Of a stretch of DNA of 64,000 nt, positions 9,598 through 21,800 are shown in pieces (the first letter of the stretch is position 1; every line of letters begins with the position of its first letter). The position numbers were made by a program, and so were the translations under genes. Under the pieces are notes generated by a model that had not been told where the DNA came from, searched no databases, and saw only the letters and a list, made by a program, of their open reading frames with translations. The DNA is taken from NCBI GenBank assembly GCA_963707625.1, contig CAVPQV010000019.1:115415-179414 (forward strand). The letters run 5' to 3'. This DNA comes from an uncultured Gammaproteobacteria bacterium. GTDB lineage: Bacteria > Pseudomonadota > Gammaproteobacteria > Xanthomonadales > Xanthomonadaceae.

Positions 9598-10704
9598 ATG
9601 CCCGACCGCCACCTCTGCATCGTGATGCCCGAGTTCGCCGGCGGCGGCGCCCAGCGCATCGGCGTCAACCTCGCCAACTTCTACTCCCGCGCCGGGATCG
9701 CGGTGACCGTGCTGGTGTTCCGCGACCAGGGCCCGCTGCGGCAGGACCTGCTGCCTTCGGTGCGCGTGGCAAGCCTGGATTCGGCCAGCAGCACCCCTTA
9801 CCGCAAGATCGCGCGGGCGCTGCGCGAGATCCGCCCGGACAGCGTGCTGACCATGTACCGCAACGTCAGCGTGCCGGTGGGGCTGTCGCGGCTGTTCTTC
9901 CGCGACTACCGGCTGGTGGTGCGCGAGGCCAACACGCTCAACGCCATCACCGCGAAATCCGCCCTGCGCCGCTGCAAGAACCTGCTGCGACTGCGCCTGG
10001 CGTACCGCGGCGCGGCGGCGATCATCTCCAACTCGGGCGATGCCACCGAAGAGCTGGTCAGGCATGGCGTCGCCGAGCGCTCGCGGATCGTGTTCCTGCC
10101 CAATCCGGTGGATTTCGAGCGCATCGAGTCGCTGCAGGGGCTGCCGGTCGAACACCGTTGGCTACGCCCGGGACGGCCGGAGACCACCCTGGTCACGTCC
10201 GGGCGCCTGCACCCGCAGAAGAACCAGGCGCTGCTGCTGGCCGCCTTTGCCCTCGCGCAGGAGCAAAGTCCGCAGCTTCGCCTGGTGGTGCTGGGCGAAG
10301 GCGAACTGCTGCCCGCGCTGCGGGCGCAGGCGAGCGAACTGGGCATCGCCAGCGCGGTGGACTTCCCCGGCTTCGTGGACAACCCCTACCCCTGGGTCGC
10401 GAATGCCGACGCCTTCGTATTGCCCTCGTCGTGGGAAGGCTTCCCGAACGTGCTGCTCGAGGCCATGGCCTGCCGCACGCCGGTGATCGCGACCGACTGC
10501 CCGGGCGCCGGGGCGGATATCCTCGAGGGCGGCCGTGCCGGCAGGCTGGTGCCGATGGACGACCCGGCCGCGCTGGCCCGGGCCATCCTCGAAACCATAT
10601 CCGGCGCGCAGTCCGAGATGGTCGAACGCGCGTGGCAGCGCGCCCGCGAGTTCTCCCAGGACGCGGTCGCGCAGCGCTACGCCGAGGTCCTCGGCCTGGC
10701 CTGA
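9598..10704 (+). CDS. GT4 glycosyltransferase (WabH-like)
   Basis: GGGAQR N-terminus, GRLHPQKN, EGFPNVLLEAMA (EX7E motif). Confidence 0.9.
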   Translation: MPDRHLCIVMPEFAGGGAQRIGVNLANFYSRAGIAVTVLVFRDQGPLRQDLLPSVRVASLDSASSTPYRKIARALREIRPDSVLTMYRNVSVPVGLSRLFFRDYRLVVREANTLNAITAKSALRRCKNLLRLRLAYRGAAAIISNSGDATEELVRHGVAERSRIVFLPNPVDFERIESLQGLPVEHRWLRPGRPETTLVTSGRLHPQKNQALLLAAFALAQEQSPQLRLVVLGEGELLPALRAQASELGIASAVDFPGFVDNPYPWVANADAFVLPSSWEGFPNVLLEAMACRTPVIATDCPGAGADILEGGRAGRLVPMDDPAALARAILETISGAQSEMVERAWQRAREFSQDAVAQRYAEVLGLA

Positions 10705-10752
10705 GCGGTTCCTGGCTGCGGCCGATGCCCGCGGGGAAGTACCATTCCACCC

Positions 10753-11763
10753 ATGCTCAAGATCGACACCCACGCCCACTACCTGCCGCGCGACTGGCCG
10801 GACCTCGCCGCGAAGTACGGCGACGATCGCTTTCCGGTGATCCACCACGGCGACGACGGCCGCCACCGCATCTACAAGGACGGCAAGTTCTTCCGCGAGA
10901 TCTGGCCCAAGACCTGGGACGCGCAGGAGCGCATCGACGACTACGCGCGCTTCGGCGTGCAGGTGCAGGTGATCAGCACCGTGCCGGTGATGTTCTGCTA
11001 CACCTCCAAGCCGCAGCACGCGCTCGAACTGCACGCGTCGCTCAACGAGCACATGGCCGATACCTGCCGCACGCACCGCAAGCACTACGCCGGCATCGGC
11101 ACTGTGCCGCTGCAGTCGCCGCGCCTGGCGGTGCAGGAGCTGGAGCGCTGCATGGAGCAGCTCGACCTGCAGGGCGTGCAGATCGGCTCGCACGTCAACG
11201 ACTGGAACCTCGACGAGGAAGAGCTGCGGCCGTTCTGGGAGGCGGCGGAAGCCCTGGGCGCGGCGATCCTGGTGCACCCCTGGGACATGATGGGCAGCGA
11301 CACCATGCCGCGCTACTGGATGCCCTGGCTGGTGGGCATGCCGGCCGAGCAGTCGCGCGCCGCCTGCGCGCTGATCTTCGGCGGCGTGCTCGAGCGCCAC
11401 CCCAAGCTGAAGGTCTGCTTCGCGCATGGAGGCGGTTCCTTCCCCTACACCATCGGCCGCATCGAGCATGGCTTCAACATGCGGCCGGACCTGGTCGCGA
11501 TCGACAATCCGCGCAATCCGCGCGAGTACTTCGGCCGCATGTACTTCGACTCCTGCGTGCACGACCCGCGCGCGCTGCAGTACCTGATCGACACTGTCGG
11601 CATCGATACCGTGATGCTCGGCACCGACTACCCCTTCCCGCTCGGCGAGCAGGAGCCCGGCAGCGGCATTGACGCGCTCAAGCTCGATGAAGCCGGGCGC
11701 GCGCGCCTGTTCCACGGCACCGCGCTGGAGTGGCTGGGCCTGAACAAGGCGCGCTTCGACTGA
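10753..11763 (+). CDS. nbaD: 2-amino-3-carboxymuconate-6-semialdehyde decarboxylase (ACMSD, amidohydrolase family)
   Basis: IDTHAH, VHPWDM, WLVGMP, AHGGGSFP, LGTDYPF; operon context. Confidence 0.9.
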   Translation: MLKIDTHAHYLPRDWPDLAAKYGDDRFPVIHHGDDGRHRIYKDGKFFREIWPKTWDAQERIDDYARFGVQVQVISTVPVMFCYTSKPQHALELHASLNEHMADTCRTHRKHYAGIGTVPLQSPRLAVQELERCMEQLDLQGVQIGSHVNDWNLDEEELRPFWEAAEALGAAILVHPWDMMGSDTMPRYWMPWLVGMPAEQSRAACALIFGGVLERHPKLKVCFAHGGGSFPYTIGRIEHGFNMRPDLVAIDNPRNPREYFGRMYFDSCVHDPRALQYLIDTVGIDTVMLGTDYPFPLGEQEPGSGIDALKLDEAGRARLFHGTALEWLGLNKARFD

Positions 11764-11764
11764 C

Positions 11765-13068
11765 ATGCAGGCCTATTCCGAACGCATCGCCGCCGACGCG
11801 CGCGGCGCCGATTCCCTTGCCGCCGAGCTCGACGCCGCCGACCCGCTGCGCGCCTTTCGCGCAGAGTTCCACATCCCGCCGCACGGCGACCGGCAGCAAC
11901 GCTACTTCTGCGGCAACTCGCTGGGCCTGCAGCCGACGGCCGTGCGCGGCGCGCTGCTCGACGAACTCGACGACTGGGCGCGGCTCGGCGTCGAAGCGCA
12001 TTTCCACGGCAAGCACCCGTGGATGCCCTACCACGGCTTCGTGCGGGAGTCGCTGGCACAGGTGGTGGGGGCGGAGCCGTCCGAAGTGGTGGCGATGAAC
12101 TCGCTGACCGTGAACCTGCACCTGATGATGGTCAGCTTCTACCGGCCGACGCCGGCGCGCCATGCGATCCTGATCGAGGCCGGCGCCTTCCCCTCCGACC
12201 GCTACGCGGTGGAATCGCAGATCCGCTTCCATGGCTTCGATCCGGCGCAGTCGTTGATCGAGCTGGAAGGCGACGAGCCCGATGGCACCATCTCGATGGC
12301 CGCGCTGGAGCGGGTGCTGGCCGAACGCGGACGCGAGATCGCGCTGGTGCTGTGGCCGGGCGTGCAGTACCGCACCGGGCAGGCCTTCGACTTGCGGGAA
12401 GTCACGCGGCTGGCGCAGGCGCAGGGCGCGACCGTCGGCTTCGACCTGGCGCATGCCGCCGGCAACCTGCGAACTGCAGCTGCACGACAGCGGCGCCGAC
12501 TTCGCCGCCTGGTGCAGCTACAAGTACCTGAACTCCGGCCCGGGCGCGATCGCCGGCTGCTTCGTGCACGAGCGCCACGCACGACAGCGACCGCCCGCGC
12601 TTCGCCGGCTGGTGGGGCCACGACCAGGCCAGCCGCTTCCGCATGGGCCCGGAGTTCGTGCCCACGCCCGGCGCCGACGGCTGGCAGCTGAGCAACCCGC
12701 CGATCCTGGCGCTGGCGCCGCTGCGCGCGTCGCTGGAGGTGTTCGCAGCGCGCGGGCATGGCGCGCTGCGCGCGAAGTCCGACCGCAGCTCACCGGCTAC
12801 CTGGAGGCGCTGATCCGCGCGCGGCTCGCCGACCGGCTGCAGATCGTCACGCCGAGCGAACCCGAGCGCGCGCGGCTGCCAGCTGTCGCTGCGCGTGGTC
12901 GGCGGGCGCGAGCGCGGGCGCGCACTGTTCGAACACCTGGGCGCGCAGCGGCGTGATCGGCGACTGGCGCGAGCCCGATGTCATCCGCATTTCGCCGGCG
13001 CCGCTGTACAACAGCTTCGACGATGTGCGCGCCTTCGCCGACGCGGTCGCCGCCTGGGCCCCGGCCTG

Positions 13069-13069
<1 letters not shown>
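11765..13069 (+). CDS. kynU: Kynureninase (several apparent frameshifts)
   Basis: [32 protein letters not shown] and [19 protein letters not shown] are split over frames. Confidence 0.92.
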
Positions 13070-14447
<1,378 letters not shown>

Positions 14448-14502
14448 AGGCGGCTTCGTTGGTCGGCGCGGTTACGGAAGGGTCGAGGGCGCTGCAAGCC
14501 CC

Positions 14503-15943
14503 ATGACCCATAGTTTTCTCTGGTATGACCTCGAGACCTTCGGGCGCGACCCGCGGCGCACGCGCATCGCGCAGTTCGCCGCGATCCGCACCGACGCGGA
14601 ACTCAACCCGATCGGCGAGCCGGTGTCGCTGTTCTGCCAGCCCGCGCTCGACCTGCTGCCTTCGCCGGAAGCCACGCTGATCACCGGCATCACCCCGCAG
14701 CAGGCGCTGCGCGACGGACTGCGCGAGGCGGAGTTCTTCGCGCGCGTGCACGAGGAAATGGCGGTGCCGGGCACCTGCGCCGTGGGTTACAACTCGCTGC
14801 GCTTCGACGACGAGTTCATCCGCTACGGCCTGTACCGCAATTTCCACGATGCCTACGAGCGCGAATGGAAGGACGGCAACTCGCGCTGGGACCTGCTCGA
14901 CGTCATGCGCCTGATGCGCGCGCTGCGCCCCGAGGGCATCGAGTGGCCGTTGCGCGAGGATGGCGCGCCCTGCATTCAAGCTGGACGACCTGGCGGGCGC
15001 CAACGGAACCCGCGAAGGCACCGCCCACGAGGCGCTGTCCGACGTGCGCGCCCTGCTCGGCCTGGCCCGGCGCCTGCGCGCCGCGCAGCCGAAGCTCTGG
15101 GACTATGCCCTGCGCCTGCGCGACAAGCGCCATGTCGCCGGGCTGCTCGACATCGCCGGCATGACCCCGGTGCTGCACATTTCCAGCCGCTACCCGGCTT
15201 CGCGCCATTGCGCGGCGCTGGTGCTGCCGCTGGCGCGCCACCCGCGCATCGAAACGCGGGTGATCGCCTGCGACCTGGACGAGGAGCCGGACGCCCTGCT
15301 GGCGCTGGAGGCAGCCGACATCGCCGATCGCCTGTACACCCCGGTCGCCGACCTGCCCGAGGGCGAGCGCCGCATCGGCCTGAAGGAAATCCACGGCAAC
15401 AAGTGCCCGGTGCTGGTGCCGCTGGCGCACCTGCGCGAGGCCGACTTCGCGCGCCTGGGCATCGACCGCGCCGCGGCCGAGCGCCGCGCGCAGCGACTGC
15501 GCGAGGCGCCTGGCCTGGCCGAGAAAGTGCGCCGCGTGTTCGCCAGCGAAGGCCACCGCGAGCCCGGCGACGCCGATGCCGCGCTCTACGACGGCTTCAT
15601 CGCCGACGGCGACCGCCGCCAGTTCGCGCGCATCCGCAGCAGCGCGCCGCAGGCGCTGCGCGCCTTCGCCGCCGAACTGCGCGACCCGCGCTGCCCGGAG
15701 CTGTTGCTGCGCTACCGCGCGCGCAACTGGCCGGAATCGCTCGACGCCGGCGAGCGCGCGCAGTGGAACGACTACCGCCGGCGCCGGCTCGGCCGCGACA
15801 GCGGCCTGTCCGAATACGATTTCGACAGCTACGCCGCCAGCATCGCGGCGCTGCGCGCGCAACACGGACCGGGCCCGGCGCAGGCGTTGCTCGATGCGCT
15901 CGAAGACTGGGGCGCGCGCATCGCGGCGGACCTGGAGCGCTGA
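14503..15943 (+). CDS. sbcB: Exodeoxyribonuclease I (one apparent frameshift near 14970)
   Basis: FLWYDLETFG, GYNSLRFDDE, AHEALSDVRA, NKCPVL, RYRARNWPE. Confidence 0.95.
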
Positions 15944-17095
15944 GTGCCGCACCGCCTGCGCAGCCACTCCTCGTTCTACTTCTTCTACTACGCCGGGCTC
16001 GGCGCCTTCTCGCCCTATATCGGACGCTTCGTGGACGCGCTCGGCCATTCCGGCTGGGTGCTCGGCGCAATGATGGCGCTGTGGTACGGCACGCGCGTGC
16101 TCGGGCCGCCGGCCTGGACCGCGGCGATTTCGCGCGGCGACCGTCCCGGCGCCTGGCTGCTGCTCGGCAGCGCGCTGACGCTGCTGCTGTTCGGCGGCTT
16201 CACCCTGTTCCAGGGCGCGATCGGACTGTGCGTGGTGATGGCGCTGTTCGGGCTGGTGTACAACCCGCTGCTGCCGCAATTCGAAGCGATGACGCTGACC
16301 GCGCTGGGCGAGCGCAGCGCGGAATACGGCCGCATCCGCGTCTGGGGCTCGATCGGCTTCCTGCTGGTGGCCTCCAGCTACGGCTGGCTGCTCGACCGTT
16401 TCGGCGCGACGAACTTCCCCTGGCTGGTACTGCCGCTGTTCGCGCTGATGCTGCTGGCGGCGCTGCCGCACCGCGACGCGCGTTCCCCGCACGACGAGCG
16501 CCCGCACCTGGACAGGGCGCAGCTGTGGCGGCGGCCGGGGATACGCCGCTTCCTGCTGGTCGCCTTGCTCATGCAGATGGGCTTCGGCGCCTTCTACGTC
16601 TTCTACACCCTGCACCTGCAGGCGGCCGGGCACTCGGGACTGGCGATCGGGCTGCTGTGGGGAGCGGGCGTGCTCAGCGAGATCCTGATGTTCCAGTGGT
16701 CGCCGCGCCTGTTCGCGCGTTATGGCGCGCCGGCGCTGATGTCGCTGTGCCTGGCGCTGAGCGTGCTGCGCTGGACCGCGACGGCGCTGCTGCCGGGCGA
16801 ACTGGCGCTGATGTTCGCGGTGCAATTGCTGCACGCCTTCAGCTTCGCGGTCTTCCACAGCTGCTGCATTCGGCAGATGGCGGCCTCCTTCCCCGGCCGC
16901 GAGGCCGCCGCCGGGCAGAGCCTGCTGTACAGCGTCAGCTCCGGCGTCGGCGGCGTGCTCGGCGCGGTGCTGGCCTCGGCGTTGTGGGAATGGCGCGGCG
17001 GCGCGGCCAGCTTCCTGGGCGCGGCGGTGGTGGTCGCGCTGGCCTGGCTGGTTTACGCGGGACGGCGCCCGGTTACAGCCCCAGCTGCCGGTTGA
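15944..17095 (+). CDS. MFS transporter (HcaT/MFS_1-like)
   Basis: About 12 hydrophobic segments; YGRIRVWGSIGF, QLLHAFSF. Confidence 0.88.
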   Translation: MPHRLRSHSSFYFFYYAGLGAFSPYIGRFVDALGHSGWVLGAMMALWYGTRVLGPPAWTAAISRGDRPGAWLLLGSALTLLLFGGFTLFQGAIGLCVVMALFGLVYNPLLPQFEAMTLTALGERSAEYGRIRVWGSIGFLLVASSYGWLLDRFGATNFPWLVLPLFALMLLAALPHRDARSPHDERPHLDRAQLWRRPGIRRFLLVALLMQMGFGAFYVFYTLHLQAAGHSGLAIGLLWGAGVLSEILMFQWSPRLFARYGAPALMSLCLALSVLRWTATALLPGELALMFAVQLLHAFSFAVFHSCCIRQMAASFPGREAAAGQSLLYSVSSGVGGVLGAVLASALWEWRGGAASFLGAAVVVALAWLVYAGRRPVTAPAAG

Positions 17096-17636
17096 GCGTG
17101 CCGGTGTCGTAATAGATCGCGACCTGCACGATGCGGCCTTCGCGCACGCGCATCAGGCCGACGCCCTTGAGGTTGATCTGCTGGCGCGTGGCCTGGATAC
17201 CGCCCCAGGTACCGGTGTTGGTGCCGGTCAGCGTCCACTCCCAGGCGATCGCGTCGGCGCCCACGATGGGCTCGCCGCGCAGTTCCCAGCGCAGGTTTGG
17301 CAGCCCGCGCAGGAACACCGACACGCCGTTCTCGATCGCCGCATCGCGGCCGCGCTGGATGCCGGAGAAGCCTGCGTCGAAATACTCGACGTCGTCGGCG
17401 AGCAGCAGTCCGAGGCGCCGCTGGTCGTGCGCGTTCCAGGCCGCTAGCCAGGCCTGCAGCAGTTGCCGCGGCGCCGTTTCGCCCGCCGCCGCCGCTGGCG
17501 CAGCGGCAACCGCCGCGATCGCGGGCGGCGTCGCGGCCGCCGGCGCCGGGGGCGCATCGGCGCCGGCGCCATCGCCATTGCAGGCGCACAGGCCCAGACA
17601 AGTCAGCGCGGCGAGGTATTGGTTTCGATGCTTCAT
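17073..17636 (-). CDS. SnoaL/NTF2-like (ester cyclase family) lipoprotein
   Basis: MKHRNQYLAALTCLGLCAC lipobox-like start, Ala/Pro linker, WLAAWNAHD...WEWTLTGTNTG...GRIVQVAIYYD. Confidence 0.78.
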   Translation of the reverse strand: MKHRNQYLAALTCLGLCACNGDGAGADAPPAPAAATPPAIAAVAAAPAAAAGETAPRQLLQAWLAAWNAHDQRRLGLLLADDVEYFDAGFSGIQRGRDAAIENGVSVFLRGLPNLRWELRGEPIVGADAIAWEWTLTGTNTGTWGGIQATRQQINLKGVGLMRVREGRIVQVAIYYDTGTLNRQLGL

Positions 17637-17664
17637 CAGTCTTCCCTGGAACAGGAGTTTGCGA

Positions 17665-18822
17665 TCACGGCGCTGCCAGCAAGGCCAGGTAGTCGCGGGT
17701 CCAGCGACTGTAGGGAACGCAGGTGCGTTTGCCGCAACGCGCGCGCGGCACCTGCCGCAGGTGCAGGCGCGGCAGCAGCGCCATGCCATCGCGCGCGCAG
17801 GCGTTGACGGCGGCGAGCGGCTCGATCGCGCAGGCGGCGGCCACCGCCGGCAGCGCGCCGGCAGCGGCGGCCAGCTGCGCCTGCGCCGCAGGCGACAGCG
17901 TCCACTCAAACCAGGCCCGCGCGCACTCGGGGTGGCTGGCGCCGGCATGCAGCATCGCAACTTCGACCTGTGCGCTGCCGCCTTCGGCGGGCAGGGTCCA
18001 GGCCACCGGCAGCGATTGCGCCTGCATCGCCTGCACCATCGCCGGCGTGGAAGCGCTGGCGGAAACGCCGTTGCGGAATCCTTCCAGCTGCGAGTCGAGG
18101 TCGCGCCAGGTGCCGCGCGAGGCGGCTTTCTGTGCGCGCAGCAGCGCCAGCGCGGCCGCGTATTGCCGCGCATCGAGCGCGTAGGGATCGACGATGCCCA
18201 GCTCCGGGCGCGAGGCGGCCAGCAGCAAGGCCGCGTCGGCGATCAGCAGCGGATCGTCCCCCACCAGCACCTGCGGCAGCGGGTCGCCGGCCGGGACGTA
18301 CAACTCGGACCAGCTTGCCGGCGGCGCCGGATAGCGTGCGCTGTCGTAGGCCAGCACCACCGGTTGCCAGCGCCAGGGCACGCCGTAGCGGCGGCCATCG
18401 ACCAGCGCCCCCGGCAGTGCCCGCAAGCGCGCTTCGACGCTGGCCAGGGATGGCAGCCGCGAGGCATCGAGCGCGCGTACCCGGCCCGAGGCGACCAGGC
18501 TGTCGGCGATGTCGCCGCCGGCGAGCACGACGTCGGCGTCCACCTGTGCCGCCAGCGCCAGCAGCTCGGCGGCGTCCGCCGCGGTGCGCAACTGCAGCTT
18601 GCACGCGGTCTGCGTCTCGAAGGCGCGCAGGATGGGACTGTTGGCCGGCAGGGTGCCCGCCACGGCGAGCACTTCCAGGCGCCCCTCGCGCTGGCGTGCC
18701 GGCGCGTCCGCATCCTGCGCGACGCCTGCGCCCGCGGGCTTGTCGCCGCCGCCGCAGGCGCTCAGCGCGAACAGCATCACGGCCAGCCAGGCCTGCCTCA
18801 TCGGAAACGCGGTTCCAGCCAT
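17665..18822 (-). CDS. Orphan ABC substrate-binding lipoprotein, YdcS/PotD-like
   Basis: AGGAG RBS before ATG 18822; LSAC lipobox; AFETQTAC, YGVPWRW; C-terminal VPYSRWTRDY resembles my recollection of the E. coli YdcS C-terminus. Confidence 0.8.
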   Translation of the reverse strand: MAGTAFPMRQAWLAVMLFALSACGGGDKPAGAGVAQDADAPARQREGRLEVLAVAGTLPANSPILRAFETQTACKLQLRTAADAAELLALAAQVDADVVLAGGDIADSLVASGRVRALDASRLPSLASVEARLRALPGALVDGRRYGVPWRWQPVVLAYDSARYPAPPASWSELYVPAGDPLPQVLVGDDPLLIADAALLLAASRPELGIVDPYALDARQYAAALALLRAQKAASRGTWRDLDSQLEGFRNGVSASASTPAMVQAMQAQSLPVAWTLPAEGGSAQVEVAMLHAGASHPECARAWFEWTLSPAAQAQLAAAAGALPAVAAACAIEPLAAVNACARDGMALLPRLHLRQVPRARCGKRTCVPYSRWTRDYLALLAAP

Positions 18823-18865
18823 GCACCACTCCTGCGACCGAGGCCGCAGGATAGCAACCCCGGGC

Positions 18866-21800
18866 TCAGGCCGGCGGCGCCCGCAACAGCACCTCGTGCT
18901 CGCCGCCGTCATCCAGCAGCGGCACGCCATCCTCCATCGCCACGCCGTCCAGGCTCAGCAACGCCGTTTCGCCGGCTTCGCCGGCGTGCACGCGGATGCG
19001 GTAGCGGCTGCCGCCGTGGCGGTAGTCGATGCGGTAATCGCTCCAGCCGGGGCGCAGCAGCGGCGCGATGCGCAGGCGGCCGTGCTCGACGCGCAGCCCG
19101 AGCAGCGATTCCACCATCAGCCGGTACATCCAGCCGGCGGAGCCGGTGTACCAGGTCCAGCCGCCGCGGCCCACGTGCGGCTCGACGCCATAGACGTCGG
19201 CGGCGACGACGTAGGGCTCGACTTTGTAGATCGTCCAGCGATTCGGGCCTGGTGCCGTGGCGCACGGGATTGATCAGCTCGAACAGCTCCCAGGCGCGTT
19301 CGGCGTCGCCGAGCTCGGCGAAGGCCATCGCCGCCCAGACCGCCGCGTGCGTGTACTGGCCGCCGTTCTCGCGCACGCCGGGCACGTAGCCCTGGATGTA
19401 GCCCGGGCTCGGGCGCATGTGGTCGAAGGGCGGCTCCAGCAGCTGTACCAGCCCGGCTTCGCGGTTGACCAGGTGGCGGTCGAGCGAATCCATCGCCTGG
19501 CGCGCGCGCGCCGGGTCAGCGGCGCCGGACAGCACCGACCAGCTCTGCGCGATCGAGTCGATGCGGCACTCCTCGTTGGCGGCGCAGCCCAGCGGCATGC
19601 CGTCGTCGAAATAGGCGCGGCGGATACCAGTCGCCGTCCCAGGCGCGCGGAGTCCAGCGCGCCGCGCAACTGTTCGGCCTCGGCGAGCAGCGCGTGGCGA
19701 GTGTCGTCGTCGCCACGCATGCGCGCGACCGGCTCGAAGCGGCTCAGCACCTCGTGCAGGAAGAAGCCCAGCCACACGCTCTCGCCGCGGCCGTGCTCGC
19801 CGACCAGGTTCATGCCGTCGTTCCAGTCGCCGCAGCCGATCAGCGGCAGCCCGTGCACGCCACGCGCACGCGCATTGGCCAGCGCGCGCAGGCAATGCTC
19901 GTACAGCGACTCGCGTTGCGCCGAGCGCGCCGGCAGGTCGTAGTAGCGACTCCTCGTCCATGTTCAGCCGGCCGGCCCTCGACGAAGGGCACCGTCTCGT
20001 CGAGCACGGCGCGGTCGCCGGTGACCTCGACGTAGCGGCCGACCGCCAGCGGCAGCCACAGGTAGTCGTCCGAGCAGCGCGTGCGCACGCCGCGGTCGAG
20101 CGGCGGATGCCACCAGTGCTGCACGTCACCTTCTGGAAACTGGTGCGCGGCGCACAGCAGCAGGTGCGCGCGCACCCGCGCCGGATCTGCCATGCAGCAT
20201 CGCCATGCTGTCCTGCAGCTGGTCGCGGAAACCGTAGGCGCCGCCCGACTGGTAGTAGCCGCTGCGCGCCCAGAAGCGGCAGGCGATGGTCTGGTACAGC
20301 AGCCAGCCGTTGGCCAGCACGTCGAGCGCAGGATCGGGCGTCTGCACCTGCACCACGCCCAGCGTCGCCTGCCAGTGAGCGCGCACCTGCTGCAGCGACT
20401 GCGCCGCGGCGCCGCCAGCGCGGAAGCGCTGCAGCAGTGTGCGCGCGTCGTTGAGGTCGCGCCCCAGGCCCAGGCGGAAGACCATCTCGCGCGTCTCGCC
20501 GTCCTCCAGTTCGAAGGCGACCTGCAGCGCGCCGCAGGGATCGAGCCCGGCGCCCACGCGCCCGGACAGGCGCGCGCGGCCGAGCGCAGCGGGACTGCGC
20601 AGGCTGCCGTTGCGGCCGAGGAACTCGATGCGGTCGCCGGTGGCGCTACGGGTGGATCTGGCTTCGTCGTGGTCCACGTCGAAGAAGGCGACGCGGCCCG
20701 GGAACTCGATGTTGTAGGCGTTGCGCGCGAGCAGCGCGCCGCTGCCCGGGTCGGACTCGGTGACCACGTGCATCGCGGTCTTCGCGCGCAGGTCGCCGAG
20801 CACCCATTCGACGTAGCCGGTGAGCGAGAGCCGGCGCGGCGCGCCCGGACAGGTTGCGCACGCGCAGCACCGAGAACTTCACCGAGGCGTCGAGCGCGAC
20901 GTACACCCAGAGCTCGCTGGAAATGCCGTCCTCGCTGTGCTCGAACACGCTGTAGCCAAAGCCGTGGCGGGTGGTGTAGCGCGCCCTGCCCGCGCGAAGG
21001 CAGCGGCGTCGGCGACCAGAAGCGGCCGCTTTCCTCGTCGCGCAGATCAGAAGGCCTCGCCGCTGCGGATCGCTCGACCGGGTCGTTGTGCCACGGCGTC
21101 GAGCCGGAACTCGTGCGCGTTCTCGCCCCAGGTGTAGGCGCCGCCGCTCTCGGTCACCACGCGTGCCGAAGCAGGGATTGGCGAGCACGTTGCACCAGGG
21201 CGCCGGCGTCGCCTGTCCCGGCGACAAGCGGATCACGTACTCGCTGCCGTCGGCGCTGAAGCCGCCGTATTCGTTGCGTAGCTGCAGGCCTTCGCGCAGC
21301 GCGATGTCCTGCGCCGATTCGCCGGAGACGACCGTTTCGTGGCGGCGCGGCTCGATCTCGCAGCGCACGCGGCAGCGGCGTCTCCAGCGGTCGGCGCACG
21401 ACCTGCTCGGCCAGCGTGCCGCGGTCGTCGCTCAGCACCACCCGCGCCACCGCCTGCATCAGCATGCGGTCCTCGCTGGAAATCTGCTGCGCGGGCCGCA
21501 CGAAGATGCCGCCCGGGCTGGTCGATCAGCCTCGCCTCGCATGCCGCCGGCGATCAGGCCCATGATCTGGTCCTGCAGGTGCTGTCGATAGCCGGCGTGA
21601 TCCTCGTTCCAGATCACCAGGTCCACCGCCAGGCCCTTGAGGCGCCAGTAGGCGTGCGCCTGCACCAGTTGCCGCACCAGTTCGATGTTGGCGCCAGTCG
21701 GCGATCTGCAGCAGCACGATCGGCAGGTCGCCGGAGATCGGACTGTCCCCACAGTCCCGACTGGCCGCGGCGGTTGCGCGCCAGCATGCCGGGATCGGCG

